Below the pieces are notes generated by a model. The model did no database searches and was not told where the DNA came from. It was given only the letters and a program-made list of their open reading frames with translations. A DNA stretch of 64,000 bases. Origin: Callorhinchus milii (taxonomy: Eukaryota). The stretch spans positions 104,844,001 to 104,908,000 of the forward strand of contig NW_024704742.1 of NCBI RefSeq assembly GCF_018977255.1, read 5' to 3'. A program made the translations under genes and the position numbers. Positions 24,701-36,700 of this stretch are shown piece by piece. How positions within the stretch are numbered: position 1 is the first letter of the stretch; each line of letters opens with the position of its first letter.

Positions 24701-27700
24701 CTGGTCACAGATGGAGAGAATGTCATTTGTGACCTTGACCAGAGCAGTTTCCGTGCTGTAGGCAGCACAGAAATCTGATTGCAGGGGCTCATAAAGGGAG
24801 CGGTAGGAGAGGAAGGCAGCAGAGAGATCGAAGAGGACAAGGAGGCCGAAGAAGCCCTGGTCACAGATGAACAACAACAAGATTCCATTTATAAAGCGCC
24901 TTTCACGTCAGGAGGACGTCCCAAGGCGCTGCACAGTTGGGTCATGACCCGAGCAGGGGGGAAATGGTCAGGGTGAGGGGAGGGAAGGGAGGGAGCGAGG
25001 AGGGGGGAAATGGTCAGGGTGAGGGGAGGGAAGGGAGGGAGCGAGGAGGGGGAAGAGAGTCGAGAGGGGAGCTGAAGGCTCGGTCAAAGAGAAAGGTTTT
25101 GAGACCGGCCTTGAAGGAGGAGAGGGAGGAAGCGGCGAAGGCACTGGGGGATGGAGTTCCAGAGCCTGGGGGCTGAGAGGCTGAAGGCCCGACCACCGAT
25201 GGTAGGGCGGTTGGGGCGGGGGACGTGGAGCAGACCGGAGCCAGAGGAACGGAGGGTACGGGCAGGTAGGTAGGGGGATAGTAGGTTGGAGAGGTAGGAG
25301 GGAGCAAGGCCGTGAATGGCCTTGTAGGTGAGGATGAGGATCTTGAAATCAATCCTCTGGGGGATGGGGAGCCAGTGGAGGCGAGCGAGGGTGGGAGTGA
25401 TGTGGTCGCGAAGCCTGGTGCGGGACAGTACACGAGCTGCAGAGTTCTGAATGACCTGCAGTGTGGAGGGAGGTGGCGGGAAGGCCGGCGAGGAGAGAGT
25501 TTCCATAGTCCAGCCTTGAGGTGACAAAGGCGTGGACCAGGGTTTCAGCAGCATGAGGGGTGAGGTAATGCCGTAGTCTGGCGATGTTCCGGAGGTGATG
25601 GAAGGCGGTGCCAGTTGTGGTGCGGATGTGAGGGAGAAAGGACAGCTCAGGGTCGAACAAAACGCCGAGGTTCCTGACTGTCTTTGAGAGGTGGAGAGTG
25701 CAGCCTTGGATGCTGATGGTGTCAGCGCCTGAACAGGATGTTGTTTGTTATCTTGACTAGAGCAATTTCCGTGCTGACACTAGGCTAACACCGCAATGCA
25801 GTATGATGGAAAAGTTACAAAGTTGGAGGTTCCATCCTTCGAATGAGATATTAAACCCAGGTCCCATCTGCCTGTTCAGCTTGTTGTTGAAGATCAAACA
25901 GAACATTGTAAAAGAGAATTGATTTTTTTTCAGCGTCCTGACCAACAATCCTCATATGAATTGCTGATTCAACTCGTGGCTATTTGTGGGACTTTGGTAG
26001 GTAAAATTGGTTGTAACGTTTGCTTACAAAAACAGTCAAAACACTTAACAGTAATTACTGTAAAGTGCCTAGAGACATTTCAACCTGATAAGGTGCTTTC
26101 TTTCTAACAGTTGCTCTTGTCAGGAAGACAGTCAGGCAAGCAGCACCATCACCAAGAACCAGTTCTCATCAGTTAGCACAGACATGATGGGCTGAATGGT
26201 TTCTTCTGTGCTCTAAACTTCCCATGATTCTATAATAAGTGGGATTACCAAATGTTCTTCACATTAAATGATTCAAACATTCACAAACATTCAAACATTC
26301 ATTCAATTAAAATCAGGAAATGAAGGAAATGCACAGCAGGTCCATTAATAATTAAACATCTTTTTGTCAACTTGCTGACTATTTTTTGTTTTTATTTCCT
26401 ATTTCCAATCATTATCATCTTTCATTTATCTATACGGCTGATAATATCAATATCATATCCGATGGTACATAAGTCTAGTAACATACCATGTTAAAGCTCC
26501 AAAATGTGCCACAGAGGAGTGTATTGCTGAATCTTGCTTAGGGAATCAACTAGGATCTTATGTGAAGCTGGATCTACTTGAACTATTTGTGCAGGCCGCA
26601 CTATTTAAAACAATTATCAGAGAGGATGACAGAGGTGTCCGTCTGTCTCAGTTGGTAACATTCTCGTGTCAGACAACTGTGGGTTCCAGTCCTCAATCTA
26701 GGCTGACATTCCAATACAGTCCTACATTGATAGAGGTGCCATCCTTCAGATGAGATGTTAAACTGAGGAATCATCTACCTGTTCAGGTGGATGTTGATGT
26801 TATAATAATAATAATAATCCTTGCATTTGATATAGCGCTTTTCACGTCGGGAGGACGTCCCAAAGTGCTTCACAGAACACACTGTAAAGTGAATTGACTG
26901 TATATTTGTGGGCGAACCCGGCAGCCAATTGCGCACAACAATGTCCCACAAACCGTCGTAGATTGAAAATGACCAATTTATTATTGTTTTTGTTTTTTTG
27001 GAGGGATTATTATTAGGCTCTGTGTGGAGTAAGGAAACTTGCCCAAGGTTTCGCCCTCTGCCTGGAATTGAACTCAGGTCTCTCACTTGCAAAGCGAGTG
27101 CTCTAACCACTGAGCTACAGGACTCTACTGTTGTTGTTGTGCCATGGGATCTGTTAAAGATATCACTTATATAGCGCCCTCGACGCAGGGTAACGTTTCA
27201 GTGTGCTTAACAGTGGTGGAGCCTGACTCCGAGTCCGGTGGTGGGAGGTGGCCGTAAGCATGGTCAAAGAAGAAGGCTTTCAGGTGGGACTTGAAAAAGG
27301 GGAGATAGGGGGCAAGGCGAAGGGATTGAGGGAGAGTGTTCCAGAGTTTCGGAGCATAGTGGCTGAAAGCGCGAGCGACCTCTGACGGTGGGGGTGGAGA
27401 GTGCGAGGGATGAGCAGGATGCCGGTGCCAGTCGAGCAGAGGGGCCGGGTGGGGAGTGGAGGGGTCGGAGAGGTAGGGAAGTGCCAGAGAGTTAACGGAT
27501 TTGAACACAGGTGTGAGGATCTTGAAGTTGATCCGTTCGGTGATGGGGAGCCAGTGGAGCCTGGCCAGAACTGGTGAGATGTGGGTACGGAGTTTGGTCC
27601 GGTTAAGTATGTGAGCGGCAGAGTTCTGAATGAGCTGGATCTTTTGTATAGTGGAGCTGGGGAGACCGGCGAGGAGTGTGTTTGAGTAATCCAGGCAGGA

Positions 27701-30700
27701 GGTGACAAACGTATGCACGAGGGTTTCGGCTGCATTTGGGGTAAGGTACGGTCGGAGACGGGCATTGTGGCGGAGATGGACAGGATGTGGGGGAGGAAGG
27801 ACACAGCTGCGGGTCAAACCAGATGCATAGATTGCGCACTGGTTCGGTGAGTCTGAGTTGGAGCCCAGGGAGGTTGAGAACTTCAGGTCCACAAGAGCAA
27901 AGATGTTGACAGGAGCCAAGGAGTATGGCTTCCATTTTCTCCACATTCAGCTGCAGGAAGTTTACGCTCATCCAGGCTTTGATGTCTGCCAGACAAGCTG
28001 ATAGAACATCGGCAGGTCTGGAGTTGGTACTGGAGGAGGCAAAGTAGATTTGCGTGTCATCCGCATACATGTGGAAGTTTACCCCGTGTAGGCGGATGAC
28101 ATTGCCCAGAGCATATAGATGAGGAAAAGAAGAGGGCCAAGGATGGAGTCCTGGGGTGCCCCACATGTGACCAGGCAAGGGCAGGAGCAGAAATCATTTG
28201 CTGAGATGAAATGAAGGCAGTTGGTTAAGTAGGACTCGAACCATGCGAGTGCGATCCCACTAAAGTGGATAAGGGAGGAGAGGCGATGGAGGAGGATGGC
28301 GTGGTCAACTGTGTCGAACGCGGCAGAAAGATCCAGGAGGACGAGGAGGTAAATGGCACTATTCAAAAATAGAAGGGAATATTTCCTCGGTGTCGTGATC
28401 TCCAATCTCCCAGATAACATTGGTCATTCGCTTTATAGTTATTTGTTGGATGTTAGCTAGATATACACATGAGGGAGAAGGGAATAGAAGGGAGTAAGGA
28501 GTAAGTGGAGACTCATAAGGAGTATAAACACTAGAACAGACTGTTTGGGTCAAATGTCTTGATTCTGTGTTGGACAATCTATGTAATTCTATGCATTAAA
28601 ATTATTAGTGTTTTTTTGCCCACAAAACACACAGTCAAAACCACTTTACAGTATATCCTGTGAAGCGCTTTGAGATGTCTAAACGACCTGATAAGGCACT
28701 ATATCAAACGTAAGGATTATTATTATTAATTTCACATGAGTGAACAGTACAGTAACTGGAGGTGGAATGTATCAACGATGGATTTTGCAGCAGTCAGGAA
28801 GCCTCCTGTGTGTTCTGTATTTTCTGGCTCGATGTAGACATTCATTTTTTTGATTGGGCTTGTTAAAATGAAGATGAAATTACTCCACAGCCGTTTCATG
28901 TGTTTTCAAGTAGAGCAATTATTTCGTTTTTTCATAGGATAGAATTAAATGAGGAGCATTGATAGATGTGCAATGAAGAGGTTGGTGCAGTTGTGTTTGT
29001 CAACCAGAATCATCCACATATGAAAAAGACAAGTATCCAGCAAAGCCGAATTAAAAAAAAAATACAATTGTCCGAGGGTAAATATATGCCATTGATTAGG
29101 TTATTATCTGCTGAAGTGCTTCTGCTACTTTATATTCATCACAGGAAGATCTACACAGGTACAACAATGAAATACCAGTCAATACCTGTATAATATTTGG
29201 CTGCCACTGCAAATTGGTTTCTTATCTGTTGATTTCACATATGTAGTTACCATTTACTCTTGTATTGATGCAATGTCTAAACTTTTTTTAGTGAATGTCA
29301 GCAAATTCAGGCAGCAATATTACAGTTGACCTTACATAGTAGCCTACGCTAATTTTTATACTGTATAGATGGATCTGCAGAGGGATCCTATCCAAAAGAT
29401 AATTATTGTACATAGGCATTTTTGTCAAACACAGTACCTCAGATTCAGGTATTTTATAAGACTAAGTTAAACCAGATATTTAACCAGAAACTAGTAATCC
29501 AAAAATATAACAAATTTGGCCTCAGCTAGAGTACTGCATTCAGATCTGGGCACCACACTTTAGGAAGGATGTCAAGGCATTGGAGAGGGTCAAAGGAGAT
29601 TTACCAGGATGGTACCAGGAATGAGAGACTTCAATTATCAAGAGAGACTAGAGAAGCGAGGATTATTCTCCTTGGAGCAGAGAAGGTTAAGAGGAGACTT
29701 AATAGAAGTTTTAAAAATTATGAGGGGATTCGATAGGATGAATAAGGAGAAACTATTTCCACTGGCGGGTGGGTCGGTAACCCGAGGACACTGATTTAAA
29801 ATAGTTGTTAAAAGAAATAGAGGGGAAGTGAGGAGAAATGTTTTCACACAGCGAGTTGCTCGGATCTGGAATGTATTGCCTGGAAGGGTAATGGAAGCTG
29901 ATTCGATAACAACTTTTAAGAGAGAAGTTGATAATTATTTGGGGAGGACAAGTTTGCAGGGCTACGGGGACAGAGCGGGGGAATGGAATTGATTTGGATA
30001 GGTCTTTTCAAAGAGTCGGCATAGACCAGATGGGCCGAATGGCCTCCTTCTGTGCTGTATAATTCTATGATTGCATGATAACTTAAAATGGTGCACACTT
30101 GTTTTCCTTATTGATTGCTCAATTTGAATTCTAGAAAAACTGTAATTAATAGAAATAAATCCAGGGTATCTGTCCGTTGTATTCGTCTGTTGTTATTAAC
30201 TTACAAATTTGTGATTTAATTAAATATTTATGGCAGCATGAGACAAATGGGATTGTGTTCCACAAATTGTGTTCCATTAAACAATAATCATTTAAAAAAA
30301 TCCTTACATTTAATATTGGAATTTCTCAAAAGCACTTCACAGATAATTGTTATCAAGTGTAGTGACTGTATATTTGTAGGCAAACATCACAGCCAATTCG
30401 CACACATCAAGGTTCCACTAACATCCATGAAATGAATGATAACTGAAGGATTGCTGGCCAGGACACTGGGAGAGATAACTCCTTTCTTGTTTTAAATGAT
30501 GGCATTGAAATTTAATTATTTTTCACAATTAAAAAATTGTTCCACAAACAGTCGTAGATTGAAAATGACCAATTTATTATTGTTTTTTTTGGATGGATTA
30601 TTATTAGGCTCTGTGTGGAGTAAAGAAACTTGCCCAAGGTTTCGCCCTCTGCCTGGAATTGAACTCAGGTCTCTCGCTTGCAAAGTGAGTGCTCTAACCA

Positions 30701-33700
30701 CTGAGCTACGGGACTCCACAGTGACAAGTTCCACCACTATTAAGCGCTCCAAGATGCTACTCCCCATGAAGGGCCTATATAAATGTATTTTTGTTGTTTT
30801 TGTAGGATGTTCTTTAATGTCCAACCAGAATAGTCAGACCGGACGGGCTTCTGTTAAAGTGTCATCCAAAACATGATACATTAAGCAAAGGATAAATGTA
30901 GCAAATGATTCCACTCCATATTTATATATTTAATGCAGTATTTACACTTTAAAACGGAAATACAAGTGCACAGTGATAGTTTTGCTGAGTTTGGAAACAG
31001 AGCATCATAGCTTAGCACACTGCAACAAATTCCCAACATTTAGTGAATGGAGGAAATTAATCCCCTAAACAGTTATGTACGGCGGTTTTGAACGTCAGCA
31101 GAACTCCACGACTGACCCGCTCCATTAAATATACTGCCAGCGATAGCATTTTTCAAAATATAATATGTTAGCTTTTTTTTAAAAGTCATTTACTTATATT
31201 TCTTCATGGAAGATATACTTGAACACGGTAGCTGTGACATGTCAGTGAGCTTATTGCTGTAGAAGCTGGGGAATTAGGTGTTGTAGCGAGCCAGAACACT
31301 TCTTTTAACCCTGGGATTCAAGTTCAAATCTAGCCCAATTTGATGGGAGAAAATTCTTCTCTTCGCTGACCAAGGTTTCAATGTGAAATTAATTGGGACA
31401 TGCACCACCTCCTGATGGCATGGAGATTATTACTAAACCCATAATCACTTTTGGAGAGGGCATAAAAGACAACCGATGCAGAAAATAGAAATATTCAAAC
31501 TAGTAAAACTGTTGAGGTCAGATGAAGGCAATACGGAATCTTGGTGCCTTGTTTGATCCCCAAATGTCTTTTAAACCCCACATTTGTGCTTTGACTCGTT
31601 CTGCCTTCCACCACCTCCGCAACATTGCCCTCTTCCGCCACTACCTCTCTCCTCATCCATACTTTCACTACAAAATACTTAACTATGCTAACTCCATGCT
31701 CGCTGGACTTTCCAACTCTTCCCTCCACAAGCTGCAGATTATTCAGAATTCTGCAGCTTGTGTTCCTACCGCGCTAAGCTCCTTGAGCCGATCATCACTT
31801 CCTCATCCGTCTTCACTGGTCCACATATCCCAGAGGATTGAGTTCAAGATCCTTGACCGCACTTTAAAGTCCTCCATGGTCTTGCTCCTCCCTAACTCTG
31901 CGACTTACTAAAACTTTTATCAACGTCTCTGTTCCCTCTGCTCGGCGGGCACTGGTCAGCTCCATGTACCATGTTCTGCCTGCTCCACCATCAGTGGTCA
32001 GGTCTTCAGCCTTTCTGCCCCATCCTCTGGATCCCCATCCTCTGGAACTCCATCCTGGAGCCCCTCCCTTGTCTCCTTCAAGGCCCATCTCAAGACATTC
32101 CTCTTCGACCGTGTCTTCGGTCATCTTCCAACTTCCACCCCTCTTGCCCTCAACCCCTCTTTATTCCAATTCAGATGCAAACTCTTCACTATCCAGCAAC
32201 TTGGAACATCCTCCCAACATGAAAGATGTTATATAAATGCAAATGCAATTTGCTCACAAAACATAGTCAATTCACTTTACAGTATATTTTGTGAAGTGCT
32301 TTGAGACATCTAGAAGACGTGATAAGGCGCTATATAAAATGCAAGGATTATTATTAGATACATTTCTTTCAGCAGAATACAACTGATAATAAATAATCTT
32401 TGTATCTAATATGGCGCTTTTCACTTCAGTAGGATGTCTCAAAGCGATTCAGAGGATTTACTGTAAAGTGTAGTGACTATGTATTTGTAAGCAAATGAGG
32501 CAGCCAATGACTAATTTTATTTGGGGAATTGTTGACCAGGACCCCGAAAGAAACTCCCTTCACTTTTCAAATAGTGCCATGGGATTTTTAACATCTCTCT
32601 AAGACGGCAAATGGGAACTTGGTTTAACGATTCATCCAAAGGACAGCACTTCTAATAATGCAACACATCCCCATCACTGCATTGGAGTGTCAGCCTAGAC
32701 TATGTGAGTTCAAAGTCCTGAATTGAGGCTTGAGCCACAACCTTCTGGCTCAGAAGCAAGAAGACTACTAACTGAACCAGGCTGACACATAGCAGCTGTC
32801 TTATTAGGCAATCATTGCAGATGAGAAAGATTCATCATAAATTGTTTACGATATGCATCTCTATAATTACTTGGCCTACAGGAATATAGTTAAAAATCCA
32901 ATATGTTACACGGTTTAAACATTTTGATCATAGATGATTAAACTTTAGAGGAAAAATGTGTAAATAATACATACCACTCTTTAAGCTGGCAACTCCCAGT
33001 GACTGAGCAGAGTGCAGGGTCAATCGAAAACCATTATCCTGGATATATGCAGTTGTGGTCAGAGGGTAAAAATTTGCTTGAAGAGGTAATTTACTCAAAG
33101 TCTGCCGTGGTTGAATCTGGGGTTAGAAATTGAAATTAGTCAGCTTTAATTACGTCTATATATTTCGTTATCGCTTTCCCTAAAAAATGTATTAGAAATA
33201 CTTGGTTACATGCAATTTTCCCAGGAAGTCAGTGGGGATTGATTGGAACATACAATAACCATATTATAGGCATTTGACAGGCTTCCAACAGTAGAGAGAT
33301 TTGAGCAGGCTTGATATCTGCTACTCCTGCATATACAACTTAGCACTGATGGAGTGCAACTCTAATAATATTAATCGAGGCCCAACACACTGCCCAAATT
33401 TGTAAGCAAACCTGGCAGCCAATGACTAATTTTATTTGGGGGATTTTTGACCAGGACTCCGTGAGAAACTCCATTCATTTTTCAAGTAATGCTATGGGAT
33501 TTTTATCATCCACCTAAACAAGCAGGTGGGAAAACAGTTTTAAAAAGTTTTAAGTTTAATTATTCTATTGGAATTGGATGTTAACAAAAGCCGATTCATC
33601 CTGACACTGAATTGATTCTGAGAGGTAAGGTTTTGGGAGTGGTGCTCAGCATTGACCTGATATACCTAAAAATGTATTTATACTGCACATTAACTATCGA

Positions 33701-36700
33701 TTCTCATCTAACTACGTCTAACTGTGCATTATAATACAGCTTCTCTAAGCTGCTACTTTACCATAAAGTGGGAATTTTAAATTCCTGTTGCATCTGAAGC
33801 AAAATGGTGCTCTGGTCTTTCTTATCAAAAAACAAAGACCATTCAGCCCACCTATGCTCATTCAACCTAGTGCACAAACCCTTTCATTTTCTGAAAAAAA
33901 ACTTACATTTACCACATAGCAAAACCATTTTGTCTTAAATTTAAGATGATGCAAAATTGTAGAAAATTCTTAAATTCAATCTTAATTTGGAAGAATTGAT
34001 TTTCCACAGTTCTTAAAATTAAGACTGAGTTTATGAATGTTCCATGATCGTGCATAATCTTAAATGTTAAGATAAAATGAAAATGGACTTATAGACTAGG
34101 GGGATCTTTGAGGTCTTAATATCTCCTAATTTTAAAAGCAAATGTTATTTACTAAACAAATTCAACAATTATCATTAAATGTGAAATGTCTTATTCTATG
34201 ATTTTCTGTTGTTGCCGTCAGGTTTGCCAAACGATTTCCCCAACCCTCGAAAGTCACTCTGAGTGCATAATATATTCCTGTAAATACACGAAGGACCATC
34301 AGGAGAGTGAGCCATCATGTTGTTGACACCACTGTATTGTTGGACTAAAGGGATTATTGAGTGACCTAAGTACCCAATCAGAAAAAGAATTTGGCAGCAT
34401 CTGAGAGAGGCTTCACCTTGCTGGTTTATGTAACAGATAGACAAGTCAGGTGTGGTATTGTCAGAAGGAACGTTTTAATAATTTACCATCTGAAGCATAC
34501 TGCACACAACACAATGAATGCAAAACTATTTAGGGTTTTGACATGGGAATGGCATCACGAAGAAAAAACTCTCAATGGCACAAAATTAAATTGATGGGGC
34601 TTTTCAGGGAAAACTGCTTTTATATGGCATGGGAAAAGTTTGGCTGCATAATATCAAGGATATCAAAATCACTTAAAAGGTTTTTTTTTGCCTGTTGTGA
34701 CTTTTCTACGTGCCTACAATATGTGGAGCAGAAGAGGATAAACAATCTGTGCAATCACAGATAGCATTTTGTACCTAGAGGAAATCTGCTCCAGAAAGGC
34801 AAAATGACCAAAATAAATCACACAATATCCTTTGACCTTTTTGTGGGAGAATGGACTTATAATTCTGTTCTGTTTAAATAATGCAAACAAAAACAGAAAT
34901 ATTCACCATAAAGCCTATTATATCAATGATTAATTCTCGTATGTATTGGTTTTAAAGGCTAAAAACGTATTCATTCTTTAAATTTGTTTTCGTTAATGCA
35001 TCTGGGACAATTTCTATTTAAATTAATGCTCTGTTAGTAATTAAATAGCTTTTGAAGCCAATTACTTACAAAATAATTACTAAGTACTTAATAAAGTTTA
35101 AATTTAGAAATGGATATTTACTAATTACTAATCCACTTGCAAAAACTATGTCTGTCAACATGATGGTTTGGGGATTAGTTCCATTGATTATCTGTTAGAA
35201 AACAGCCTATTTCTGTCTTCCCGTGAACAAATTGCCAGAAACACAGGGAGCATCTGTCTTTCTTGCATTAATCTCAGTTGCGTTCCCATTTTCATACAAG
35301 CCTTTTGTTTGTCAAATCCAAATTTATTTGTGATATTATAGCTCAACATAACTTCTGCTGTAATTCTCACAGCAAAAATATAAGACACTAAACACTTCAA
35401 AGTTTTTAAACACTGCAGATTACAGGTGTATCTACCCAGAAACATTCACATGGTATGGTTTTCTGTGATTCACAACTAACTGGAAAACCTGCAAATTATA
35501 GCAACATGGAAGCAGATAATTTTGAAAGGGGACTTTACAGTGAGATTGTGATTGAAATAACGCTGGATTATCTTTGTCTTTAAAGGAATATTAAAGCACT
35601 GAAGTGTTCTGAGATAAGAGCAATATTTCTAGATTCCAGAATTTAAGGCTCTAAATTCTGAAAAAGACTCAAGAGAACTGAACTTAAATAATAATAATCC
35701 TTGAATTTGATATAACACCTCATCACATCAAGGTGCACTTCATTGCACGAAGCACAATAAAGTGTAGTTACCATACTTGGAGGAAAACATAATAATCCGT
35801 GCAATTAATATAGGATTTTCACATCTTCAAGACGTCTCAAAGTGCTTCACAGAATAATCTGTAAAGTGAATTGACTGAATATGTGTGGGCGAAATGCTGC
35901 AGCCAATTGCACACAGCAGTGTCCCACAAACAGTCGTGGATTGAAATGACCAATTTTTTTTTGAGGGATTATTATCAGGCGTGTGGAGTAAGGAAACTTG
36001 CCCAAGGTTGCCTGGAATTGAACTCAGGTCTCTCGCTTGCAAAGCGAGTGCTCTAACCACTGAGCTACAGGACTCCACAAACATACAGCAATGTGCACAA
36101 AGCAATGTCACACAAATTGCCATGAAATGAATAACCAATTTCATCTGAGGGATCGTTGGCCAGAACACACCAGGAGAAGCTCCTTTCTCTTTTTGAATAG
36201 TGACATGGAATCTTTAACATCCACCAAGCAGAAGGATCTTGGTTTAATGTCTCATACGAAGGACAGCATCTCAGCCAGTGGCACTTCCTTAGCACTGCCC
36301 TGGAGTGTCAGCCTAAAAGGTGTGAGCTCAGTGTCCCAATATGGGGCTTGAACCCACAACTACATGTAAATGGTCTTTTCAACTTCCAATGCAAGTTTAG
36401 AACTAAAAGCTGAGTATAAAATTAACAAAAAATAATGTGCCTTCCATTGCAGGTTTATTGGAGTATGGGAAGACATCGGTATAATTGGGAGAGTTTGCAG
36501 CAAGTCACTTGATCTTGTTGGATCTTGATTTTAGAATTATTCTGAATTAGCAACAGAGCCAAGTAAGAAGATTCTTTTTGCACCAAAAGAGAGCATAAGT
36601 CTCTTCGCTTGGACAAATCAAAGTGCCTCAGTTGTAGCACTCGCCTAAGATGACACCCCAATGCAGTGCTGGGGATATATTGTATTTTTGGAGGTGCAGT

